The notes beneath the pieces were generated by a model that made no database searches, had not been told where the DNA came from, and saw only the letters and a list, made by a program, of their open reading frames with translations. Shown in pieces: positions 13,201 through 23,900 of a DNA stretch of 64,000 bases (its first letter is position 1; each line of letters starts with the position of its first letter). The translations under genes were made by a program, and so were the position numbers. This stretch comes from Phoronis australis (Eukaryota > Animalia > Phoronida): positions 429,255 to 493,254 of the forward strand of contig NMRA01000104.1 of the NCBI GenBank assembly GCA_002633005.1. The letters run 5' to 3'.

Positions 13201-16200
13201 AAAATATTCTTTTTGTCACCTCTTCACGAATTTAAACTAGCAACCATCTTGCTAAGCCAATTAGAAGCGACAAAGTAATCGATTGTCAGCACATTTTGGG
13301 ACAACCTGACGATGCAAGTCGCCAATGAGCGTATTACTTGAGTGTAGACTGGAAAAATGATACGAAGATGGACGTGTGGACGGATTTTTTTGAAAACGCA
13401 AAAATTATTTTTCCGAAAATAGAAAATAAGGGCTTACACGTAATACAGAGTCATTATGGTAATCAGTGTAACACCGGTATCGAGTACAGAGCCGTTATGG
13501 TAATCAGTGTAACACCTGTATCGAGTTGCTATTTCAATCGAACATCATTAAAAGTAAAAATGAGACATGTTTTTCAATTGATGTGAGCGTGACGCATGAA
13601 TCTCTCTTGCTCATCACTTAGTATGACAAGGAAGTTATGACATCCGAAGTAAAGTAGAAAGTTCTATGCTGGCCAGGTAGCAACTGTTTTGACAAAGGTG
13701 CAATGAATAGTAGTTATGTATAGGTCCTGTAGCAACATGGAACACATAGTTTGTCATCAATGTACAAATAACTTATTATTAAACTATCCAAAAAGTAAGT
13801 AGGCCATTCGGTTTGCTCATAAGTTTCAAGAAATAGACATTATGTGCTCATTAGAAAACCCTTGGAAATTCAGTTTAGGAATTGTTTTCCTACGGTGATA
13901 GAATATTGAATAATTATAGTCTCTGGAGGATATAAGATGCCTAAAATTTGGAACAGACCGATCACCACGCCACCTTACGTCCAATAACTTTGGAAGATTG
14001 CTACTGATAGGAGCTGAAACTTTCAACGGTAAATATATTTATACTGGTTGTGAAAAAGAAGAAAACTATTCATCAACTTTACCAACCTTATGAAACAATT
14101 TCTTGATATGTGAAAGAGTATTGTTTCGGGGAAAACCAGTGCCGTTCTTAAAAACCATTGTTGTGGTTAGTATTTTCGAGGTGGAAACTTACATTTGTGA
14201 TGGCTATTTAAAGGGCTTAAAACTACCATTTACCTTATTTTGAAAAGTGACAACAGTTTTAGCACCATTGAACGTTTGTTTATAGCACTGCACATCACAA
14301 TCGTGAATTCAATATCCCAACCAACAAGAAAATTGAAGAAGAGCTGCTTCAATTTAAAATTGCTTAGCTCCACGCAGCCAACACTCAGCTCTAAAACATA
14401 GCTGAATGGTCATTGGATGGCTTTTCTACGATGGACATAATAAATGGGAGGAAAGTTCTTGTAATCAGTGTTTTAGCACTAGCCAAATCAACTTCCCTTG
14501 ACGTATTTAGAGATCCTCAAGCGGCCTTACCTCTTGTATGTTGCCTCTTTTTACCTTCCTCTAACAACAACGAATCAAATGGTCTGGCATATTTCACTCT
14601 AATTTTTTTACCTAATGGCGTCATGTAATGTTATGACCGAAATGTCAGTAGTTTACGAAAACTTACGCAACTTCTCCGGAGCATCTTTATCATATGTGCT
14701 CAGATCTCCGCCAAACGAAGGGAAAGAAGTGCATTTACTGGTAACAATATAATTACCGCCACAGCCTGAAGCACGATAGTCATCTACAAAAAGAAACGTC
14801 GCATAACTTCAACCTCTATGACATGTACATTAAGCAAAACATTCCCAGCGTTTGAGTTCAATTTTATGCGATTTTTGGCGCCAAACGAAAGACAACATTT
14901 CCCTAAAGTATGTTGCCAACAAGAAGGACGTTGACTCTCAGAGAGCTTTTTGCTGTCCACACGCATGCGTCACAAAACCAAGTGACTTAATCACGGATAG
15001 ACGGATACGTCATATTATAATGGATTGAATTGTGTAAATATAGATTTTTACTTGGCGAAGTCGTTATCCCCCGTTATCTAGAGCCGTTGTGGATTTTGGA
15101 GAATTATCGCCCGAGGGGCGTTAGCCCCGAGGCTGATAATTCTCCAAAATCCACGAGGGCTCTAGATAAGGGGGATAACGACTGAGAACGTGTAATAATC
15201 TATTTATACCACATACTGAACGAGAAACATTGCAATGAATTGATCTACCTTTCTCGACTGGCCTCTGCTTTGTAACTACTTTCTACGTCAGACGCCCGGG
15301 GTCGGAGGTCGTGAATTTTTAAGAAAAGCCGAGATATTTTTGTCAAATAATGCTTTTACTGAAAACCAAGCTATAATAGTTGCTAAACCTTAATTTATAG
15401 ATTCAATTTATTTCTATTGGTTTTGAGCATAAGCATTATTTGACAAAAATAGCTCGTCTTTTCTTAAAAGGTCACGACCTCCGACCCCGCGGGCCTCTGA
15501 CATAGAAAGTAGTTACAAAGCCGAGGAGAGTCGAGAAAGGTAGATCGATTCATTGCAATGTTTCTCGTTCAGTATGTGGTATAAATAGATTATTACATGT
15601 TCTCAGTCGTTATCCCCCTTATCTAGAGCCCTCGTGGATTTTGGAGAATTATCACCCTCGGGGCTAACTCCAAAATCCACTCGGGCTCTAGATAACGGGG
15701 TATAACGACTTCGCCATGTAATAATCTATATTTATCCTAAGCACATTCAAACCACAGGCGTCCTCAGCTTCTGATCATCCCCAATACACTACATAATACT
15801 ACAAGGTATGACACTCGGGACAAGGAATTCTACGGGTGCTTCACTTCAGTGTCATACCTTGTAGTATTATATATAGTGTATCAGGAACGATCAGAAGCTG
15901 AGGACTCCTGTGATTCAAACCAGCCAATAAAAACGCAGAGCGTACACCTGCATTTCCAACCAATAGGTGGCCCGGATGACACGTATTCTATAAGCTGCAC
16001 ACTGTAAAAATGTCAATTGAAATATGCTTGCAAATGCACAGGTGCCTTATATATGTAGGCCTACAATGTCTGGAACAATTTATTTGATACGTGTGTGAAA
16101 GCTTCGCATAGAGTGGAGGGAATCAACTGTGCGAATCGTTATTTAAGTCAAATTTTCCTCTGCGAAAGTTTCGCCTGCTAAAGGGGAAATGACTAAATGG

Positions 16201-16936
16201 TTAAAAATTCAGGAGACAATTTCGCTGCGAATTTTTCGCGTATATAGTGTGCGGCGACCCATAGCCGGCTATTGCGCTGTTCTTGTTGATGGTCTTCGCA
16301 ATATTGATGCGTAACGTTTCATATATTTCCATTACAATCCAACCTGCGTCTACTTGCGCTCAAAATTTAGCTAAATTTCAACTTTGCTTCTTTTTGAGTA
16401 AAGTTGGTTGGAAACATGACGTTTTATACATGTATGCAGACCTATTAGCATTATTTTTTAATCTGCCAGCTTATAGCATGTTACATAGCATATGCACAAT
16501 CTTATGGAGTTGTTCACGGAGGCTTGTGACATTGTTACGATTCATGCGCGTCAGTTAAATTTGATATCATACCTGATAGCTCATCGCACGTGGACCATAT
16601 ACCCGCCACCCGCTTGAGCGGAACACAATGTACCACGTTGTCAGCCACACTGCCGTTACCGGTGGTGTTTTCTCGCCAATGAAGACCAATTGACGTCACG
16701 AGAAAATACTCGTCATTATTCTCCGGTATCCATACTCTCATCTCTGTTCCGTTCATTGCTCGCACAGATTCTTTCTGGAACACCATCCGTTCCCAGTTGA
16801 CTGACGTGTAGGCTAGTAGCACAAGAACCACCGCTGTAATCGACAGAAAGATAGATCCCCCAAGGAATACAAAAGAAGGCAGTGAAGCGAAACCCAGTCT
16901 CCGCATCAGGGACTGACTGGAACCTAATTTATCCAT
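6918..16936 (-). CDS. Gene A: claudin/PMP22-superfamily tetraspan membrane protein, 308 aa
   Basis: complement(join(6918..7219,10498..10641,14667..14783,16573..16936)) = 927 nt, open throughout, with all introns GT-AG phase 1. It has TM1 followed by W, an ECL1 G-I-W-x-x-C motif (AGIWSTC), a later Cys (SKC) and TM2-TM4 ending DWAMYLSW. Confidence 0.9.
9200..9900 (-). mobile_element. Possible heavily decayed Gypsy gag remnant
   Basis: Minus-strand fragments CTSCGRT...QCLRQAKRSKICHVSAAC (double zinc-knuckle-like spacing) and SRNLCNLSNYC, with many stops and frameshifts. Confidence 0.25.
10498..10641 (-). CDS. Gene A coding exon 3 (TM2-TM3)
   Basis: Acceptor TTTTTCAG and donor GTAAGG. Reads HLQLTRSAQATCVVGMICISFGLFIGIFAAALKQVISSILAGTCLLIG, 144 nt. 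Confidence 0.9.
11222..11418. repeat. Tandem repeat, 65-bp unit x3
   Basis: aaatttataccgcactcgggtaattag(a)caaatacgccaa(c/t)attcaaagatg...tctatgtccac starts at 11222, 11287 and 11352. Confidence 0.9.
11590..12829 (-). mobile_element. Decayed LINE ORF2 (APE endonuclease plus start of RT), CR1/L2-like
   Basis: Endonuclease motifs YRSP, GDFNAR, EPTR and NSDH are in 12251-12829, then QPWFNN. The RT-proximal MIKMIANEITLPLTNPFDKRLQLDIYPSSWKHA is at 11697-11600. Frameshifts and stops are present. Confidence 0.85.
13445..13527. repeat. Short tandem duplication (~41 bp x2)
   Basis: tacagag..(a/g)ttatggtaatcagtgtaacacc(g/t)gtatcgagt occurs twice. Confidence 0.8.
14667..14783 (-). CDS. Gene A coding exon 2 (117 nt, absent from ORF track)
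   Basis: Acceptor TTTCTTTTTGTAG and donor GTAAGT. Reads DDYRASGCGGNYIVTSKCTSFPSFGGDLSTYDKDAPEKL in the required phase 1-1. Confidence 0.85.
15035..15734. mobile_element. Nested-palindrome foldback element (non-autonomous Crypton-like)
   Basis: Symmetric ends taaatatagat...atctatattta. The arms are ~330 bp around a ~45-bp centre, and each arm begins with its own hairpin (loop cccgaggggcgttagccccgagg in the left arm). The Crypton assignment is inference. Confidence 0.8.
15753..15912. mobile_element. 160-bp hairpin MITE with 8-bp TSD (P- or hAT-type)
   Basis: Termini cacagg...cctgtg with ~60-bp inverted arms. TSD attcaaac at 15745-15752 and 15913-15920. Confidence 0.85.
16573..16936 (-). CDS. 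Gene A coding exon 1 (N-terminus, TM1, ECL1)
   Basis: MDKLGSS...LLAYTSVNWERM...AGIWSTCDELS. Donor AG|GTATGA at 16572. An upstream acceptor TTTCAG at 16998-16997 suggests a spliced 5' UTR. Confidence 0.9.
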
Positions 16937-18269
16937 TGCTGACTTGTGTAGTCCGGATGTTCACATCATTTAGAGCTTGTTTGACCTAACCGGATTCTGA
17001 AATATAGAACACAATGGATCACACAACATATAGGCGTTCGGTAGGATGGTTTGCTTTAGAGGAGGCGAAGTTAGCGCAGCCCTTCCTCCGTCGACATCAG
17101 TTTTACTCCCTCCTCCCCAACAGCAAATTTTCTCCCGTTCTCAATTGGGTCGTTTTAATGGAAGGGCGTCCCGAATTTCAGGACTGGGAGTGCCCCCTGT
17201 CCCCGGATTTTTATGCCTGTACAAATACTGTAGGGAGCCGACCCCTGAGAAAGAGTGCTGAAAGGGCATCATACGTTTTAGTAAAGCTGCTTCGTGTTAA
17301 AATTTAATTTGTACTGGTTTTAATGGATACGAAATTCAAAGAATACATTGTGTATCTTTAACTTGTCTGTGAGCATAACAACATTGTTCCTGGCCAAAGT
17401 AATTAAAACCAGCATTTGAGATTAATATCTGATTTGCATAAAGTATCGGACACAACGGGAAGAACTGTGTACAGTGTAATAAATGTTCTCAGTGTTTGAT
17501 GTCTTCTGCAGAAGGTGCTAGTCAGGTCCGTCTTTGTCTTATTTTGTCCGACAATTTGCCTCACAGTTGCTACTTTTATCAAACTCTTTGCTACAAAATA
17601 TCACCATCTGCTCGGTCATTTGAAAAATGTTGTAAACTCAAATTCATCACTTCTTTAATATCAACGTCAAAACGGTTCAGGTATTTGTAATTAAAATAGT
17701 TTTACTTTCTACCACTAGGTAGTAGCGTGGTGTTTTTTGAAAAGCTAGAAAATGTCTTTTAATCAATAATCACACGTTGTGCCCCAGCTCTAAATTTCAA
17801 CATTTTGTCATTTGTTCACAAATCCTTTCGCAAATTAATTGACATAATGCGAATATCAATGAGGTGAAAAATGTCAAAATAAAATTGTCAGGAAACCTTT
17901 TCTTGAAGTTCCCAGAGTTCAGGGCTCACGGACCATAAGACTTTCAGTTTTCAGTCTGTGAATGGGTTAGAGCTCATAGGCGCATATGCTTTAACGTTGC
18001 ATTTATTTTATTTTAGAAGAAAAATCAAATCAGATACAGGGACGTGCCTTTCTTTTTCAAGTATATAAACAATGGTAAAATGAAAAAATTGATCTCGATG
18101 TCGTGGTTTGAATTTTTGGGTTTCCAAGAAGTGCGCACTAATGTTTGACTTGAAATTTATCTAGAGGTCGTGCGTTCTGCAAATTGCTATTCACAACAGA
18201 AATTAAAACTTCATTCGTATTTGCAAACGTTTCAAATATTGATTCCGTGAATTTGTTACCAACTCCATG

Positions 18270-18400
18270 TGGGCACCCAGCCTAAAATACAGGGGTGCTC
18301 GAATTTTTCGATATGCGGACCTTTTACTGAAAGAAATGAACGAGGCATTTTTTGCCTAATTCGCCAAACTGGGGGGCTCGTTCGAGTAATAGTATTCATT
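18270..18400 (+). repeat. Dispersed repeat, homologous to ~43310-43525
   Basis: gcacccag.ctaaaata..gg.g.gctcgaatttttcgatatgcggaccttttactgaaa is shared. Confidence 0.7.
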
Positions 18401-18424
18401 CTTTGAGCTATAAAAGGAACACTA

Positions 18425-18897
18425 CAGGCTGGGTTAGCACACGGTTACCTGTAGTGAGGCAGGACTAAACACACGGATAGTTCAGGGCGGTCCAGCACAC
18501 GGATACCTCAGGCCGGGACAACACACGGATACCTCAGACTGGGTTAACACATGGATACCTCAGGGCGGACCAGCACACGGATACCTCAGGCCAGGACAAC
18601 ACACGGATAGCTCAGGCCGGGCTAACACAGGGATACCTTGGGCCGGGGAAGGACTAGTCGGATACCTCAAGCCGGGCTAACACACGGATACCACAGGGCG
18701 AACTCTCAGTAGAACACGGATACCTCAGAGCAGGCCAGCACACGGATACCTCAGGCCAGGCCAGCACACGGATAGCTCAGGAAGGCCACACAGAGATACC
18801 TGAGTCCGGGTTTGATCAAACGGATTACTTCGGAAGGGGTAACACGGATGCCTCTGTCAGGCCGGGCTAGCACACGAACGCCTCAGGCCGGACTAGT
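18425..18897. repeat. GC-rich minisatellite, ~26-bp unit, about 17 copies
   Basis: The core acacggatacctcagg repeats with related linkers (ccgggcta/ccaggcca/ccgggaca). Confidence 0.9.
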
Positions 18898-21080
18898 ACA
18901 TATTCAACAATAACATGTTAAATTTCACAAATTCCGTTTCTAAACAATATGTTCTCTTTACTTCAGTCGCATTATGCGCGCTACTTCAGTATTTCAAAAT
19001 GTTCTGAAGATGCCGCATCTTTCATTTGAAACAGAACACATGTGGCAGTTTGCTTGACGAACAGATGTTTATTCCAACATGGGATCTGTTTTTACCTGTA
19101 TCTACCAGTGCAAGAGTGCGTATATATTGTGTGTATAATGGTAGTGGATACTCATTAGCCTTCTCTTAAGGGTCGTAAAATCTTTTAAAATTGAAATGGA
19201 ATCCTTGCGTAACTTCATCAACAAATAACAAAGAACAGTGAGAGTAGCTGCAAGGCCGCTAAACTTCGTATCAATCCTCCCCACTATTTTTCAATTAATC
19301 TCTCAATGAAGGACTAAACGTTAAATGCAGAGCGATATACTGACACTCAACGATATCTGTATATTAGATAAGACAAACAATAAATCTTTATCAAAAACTA
19401 ACCTTTGGTTCAGGCCAATTATTGAAATAAAATCGTTCTCAGATCAGATTAGACATGATTTCTAGGTTAGAGAATTGAGACCTGAAAAGTCACTGTTGCG
19501 TGAGGCCAGACCTATTAATTTTCCTTTCGCGACGGTTTACTTCCAGTTGCCATGACAATATCCGTTAGGGAATTTCCATTCGATTCGTTTTCTCCAATTT
19601 CATTTCAAGAAAATGTCATGAATACCAAATACACGTTTTAATTACACAAATTAGTTGCGTTTTCATGACGCTCTTGATATGGAAGAAGTTGGCACGGTAC
19701 AGATAATTATAGCGGCTTTTAACTATTGAGACTTTCACCACAATTTGAAACAATTTAGATGGGTCCTGTGAAAACAAATGTAACAAAGAGTACAAAATTG
19801 CCTATTCCATGTTCATTGAGACATCGTGCAAGTATTTTTAGTTCTTGTCTTTAATTTCCCTGCCCTAACGACGAAGTGATTTTGAAGGCAACCGTGATCC
19901 AACTCTTGAAAATGAGTTGTTTTGGACTTCTCCAGTTTTCTTTTTGAAGCATTGATGTGTCCAGTTTTCGATGATTTTTTATGCCTGACCTCTTCATACA
20001 TTCACAAGAAAGTGATTTGGGCTTGATAAATCACAAATTGTGTCAATGAAAAACACGGTTTTGTATAGTTACGAGAGCTAAAGGCAACAGAGTGCACTTT
20101 GTCGCCGGCGACATAATGCAAAACGGCGATGTGAATGCACTGGTTGCAGTCTTCGTTATAGTTGTGGGCGACATAATGCCCTATAGCGACTCAATGCACC
20201 GGTTGATTTCAAACATCACTTTAGATGCTGCTTAAAAGTCGTTGCTCCATGCCCCGACTGTTACTAAGAGACACAGCGGACGTCACTGACCAATGAATTG
20301 TTTCTCAAATGTACCGATCAGAACAATACTCCAATTTGCAACACACTCATTTCATCAACACTCGTAGGGAACTATTTTTAAACGTAGTCTGATTTCTATG
20401 ACTAACTTTTGTTGTAGTCATTAATAAACGCGTATCCGTTTTATATGGAACAAACATTCCAATTCTATTGCATAGTAATGTCATAATCCACTACTACGAA
20501 GAAACTTACGCCACACTCCTAGATACAGAAGAGCTTATGGTTAATTGATTAAGTAAATGAAGGCCGTTAAATTCTCGCTTCAAGCCAAACACGTGCGGAG
20601 CTTTGTTTGCTCGGTGTATCAATAATGCATCACATATATACATGTAGTAACTGACCTTTATAAGCCACGACGGAACAGTCTGTGACACCCAGATCCACAA
20701 GTCAAGAAATCAACAAAACGACAAAAAGCTATGTTTCGAAACTCGTGTTTCATCGACATGCTGACGATAAAAGAATCTATTTGCACGTTTACATGTACAA
20801 CCTGGAAAACGTAGGAGCCGAGTTCAGTACAATAGCCATATAGACCCCTGCCCGCACACTGCGACTAGTCCGTTAGCTACGACTGTTATACCACGTTCGA
20901 TTGCCATCAAATATATAACGAAAACGTATATATTCGAAAACTATAGTGTATTCGGCGCGAAGTGGGACACTTCACACCATAGAAACTATTTGTTGGATCA
21001 CAGGTTGGTGCTCGAAATCTGAGACTGGTTCCCTGAAGGAGAAAAGCGGTTCAACAGTACTTAGTTTGCGTAATTCCTGC

Positions 21081-21435
21081 TTAAAGGGATACTATACTTT
21101 GTTTTGTTGATTTCCACCAATCCTCGTTCTGTCACCTGCTAATGCATCATTGGCGTCAATATTGAAAGATGAAAGCAGAAATCAACTAAAGACTCATACC
21201 CCGGCCCTATTCACAAATTGGATGTTAAGGTCCTCGGTGGGTGGTTGTCCCACCGCTGCCTTGTAATTCATGTTTACCTGTTTACAAGACTTTGAAAGGA
21301 GTTTTTAAATTTTCCTCCAAGCTTTTGAGTGTTGTCGGTTGTTGCAGAGCATTAATTCGCTTCTGAGAACTCTAGTGGACGGGAAACTCGTTTTTGTATC
21401 TGTTAATAGGGCAAAACCAGGGTTCGTATCCTTTT
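21081..21435. mobile_element. TTAA-type (Kolobok-like) MITE, same family as 62451-62858
   Basis: ttaaagggatactatactttgttttg...caaaaccagggttcgtatcctttta. Internal ctgctaatgcatcattg and cagagcatta are shared with the 62.5-kb copy. Confidence 0.65.
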
Positions 21436-22710
21436 ACTATATCTGATGACTCATCAGATCGTGCTCTCAAACTTAAACAATTTGCAAGAAGGCGCCAGAT
21501 TTTGCCTGTAAAAACACTCACGAGTTGCAACTTCGTAGCTGTAAAAAGATAGCAGACAGTGGAAACGGAAATCACTTGACTGTCCAATAAGTACACTATG
21601 TTAATTTTATTTCGTGACATGGTGATGTTCATAGCCATTTTAAAATGCTCCCTTCGTTCACCTTAAATTTCTTTAGTTCTGCAATAGATTTTTCTTCACA
21701 AATTCCCCCTAATAAACTACTTGGTTAATTTATCTTCTTCCATGAAGGACATAAAATATAACCGGAAATATGAATAACATACCTTGCAGAAAGTGAAATA
21801 ACACCTATCAGCATTACTGAACGGCGGTCTAGTCACGAGTGTAGTATGCATTCATATTTGACCATTATAAAGTGCATTTCATCGTGCATACATTTACGCC
21901 GAACCCGTATTAGACTAACAAAATCACCCCTTGACGTCAAATTAGTGTTGAAAAGTGTTGAATAATCACTTTACATGGTTATGTGAGCCTCAACTATAGC
22001 ATGGAACTAATCAATGTATGTAGACACGTGAATATCCAACACGTCGATTTTTTTAGCCAAAAGTCGCACACGACATTTGCGAAGAGGCCAACAAGCTAAA
22101 TGAAACGTCGTTTAAAAGAATTTGAGATAAATATGATTTTGTAGAGAGGGGTGTAAATTAAATACTTGTATATCTGCAGGTACCAAGTATCAAGTCTGGT
22201 ACTCTTTAAACAAGCGTGTGCTCCGTAGACGTGAGACTCTCACAAAAACGTCAGACTTCGCGAGAAATCGCCGTAACGTAATATAAGCAAAGCACGTGAT
22301 TATACCAGCTTTCTTTGCGCGATTCTAGCACCTACGCAACCTTCTCTGTCTGCACACTCGGGTGGTTTCTTTCCTACTTTGTAGGATAAGTGTCTACCGC
22401 TTTACTGTACTGTATACTTTACGTCTTTTCAGCTCGAAAAGTAGTGTCGGAACACCGAATCGCTTTCTTGTACAACCGACCGAGTACTTCTCACTTCACC
22501 TCCATCATATGCGAACCCTTGCCTTTGGTCTGTTGTTCGACCTTGTTTTTCACTTGATCCCACATCTTTCAAGGGACGAATCTTGTTGGAGATGCATCCA
22601 GCGGCTTAATATCAGCTTTGCGCTTGAATCCTGGTAGTCACAGCTATCGCTTCTTATCAGGATTCTTCGAGGGTTTTATTCCGTCCGAAGTGTCGGCAGT
22701 CTTTCCTCAA

Positions 22711-22781
22711 AGGCGGCGCAGCACTGAAATAACTGGGGGGGGGGGGATATAGCCCTCAGCCCCTATGGTGCGCCGCCCATG
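22711..22781. repeat. Short G/C-run MITE, also at 57648-57724
   Basis: ggcggcgc.gcactgaaataa..ggggg...tatagccc...tggtgcgc...cca(t/c)g occurs in both copies. Confidence 0.65.
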
Positions 22782-22789
22782 TTTCTGCC

Positions 22790-23900
22790 TCTTGATTAGA
22801 GGTCACTGGTTTGTCCTCTGTGCCAATATTGCACACTAGATAGTCGTCTTCTGAGCTATCCCACAGATCGTTGCCTACCACGCTCTTGTTAACACTAGGC
22901 GTTGACTGATGCCGCTTGACATCCCTTGATCCAAAACGCCATATGTGTGTCCCCGATGACCAAATCAGCCACTGTACGCTCCATAGCCACCGCAAGCATC
23001 TCTCCCGTGTAGTGCAATGGGTTGATGTTGCTCGTGGAGCCATCTCTTGATTGAGTCCGCCAACTCGCACGGCTACCTTCGGTTGGTTATATTTCCTGGT
23101 TCAACTGGACTGGATCGAACCACAGTGGTGGTGCAATCTTTGTCTCCCAGCACAGAAACCCTTTTTGTTCCGACGTACATTTCCATTGTGGCAACACCCT
23201 GTGCAAATCAGCCGCACTGCATTGCCTCTACGGTGGTTTGACGGTTCTCGAATCGAAAGCACACGATCTTCAATTTGACATAATCCAGGGATATTGCTTT
23301 GAAAAAGAATGAGTAAGGTGTCAACGAAATTTGTACCTCAGAAACTTAGTCTGATGATAGGTCTGAATTTTAGACATTTAGACCAAGAGTCCAATATTAA
23401 GCCAACTCCGCAGTAGGCTAACTTTCGCTCGTAGCTTAGACCAATTTTGCCGGTATCTTAATTTTGTATGTAAGCTTCATGATACGGGTCGAAGACATTT
23501 CGGCCTTAAGTTAGCCCTATTCAGGACAGAAAAAATGTTTATGAAACGGACCTTTGATGGTGCTCTTTCATCTGAGTCCGCTTCCAAAACCCTCTGGCTA
23601 CGTGCCCACTTTTGTCCCACAATAAATATTTCCTTTGCGAGGTCAGTCTTCTTCTGTTTTACAGGTTGCTCATTTTTATGCCTTTTCATTGATGACTGAG
23701 TGATCTTTATATATAGTCCGTGGACGTCAACGCCCTCTGCCAAGCAGGCCACTTTTGTAATGGTCTTGGGTGTTCGCTCATGCAGGAGCAGGACCACTGA
23801 GGTCTATAGTACAGGCTTTCAGGTGTAGCTCAAGCACCAACTGGTCTCTCAGCTGAACTGTGCTGCTATGTCGCTCCATCTGCCCAGGTAGTGCTGTAGG
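22790..23900 (-). mobile_element. Decayed Gypsy LTR-retrotransposon gag-protease remnant
   Basis: Minus-strand VSVLGDKDCTTTVVRSSPVEPGNITNRR*PCELADS resembles the Gypsy protease LRDTGC..VVR...C.LADG. Upstream LLHERTPKTITKVACLAE resembles Gag. Stops and frameshifts are present. Confidence 0.6.

Noticed and set aside
18425-18897. CRISPR-like array (constant core with variable spacers)
   Set aside because: The linkers are only ~10 bp and related to each other, the context is eukaryotic and there are no cas genes. It is a minisatellite.
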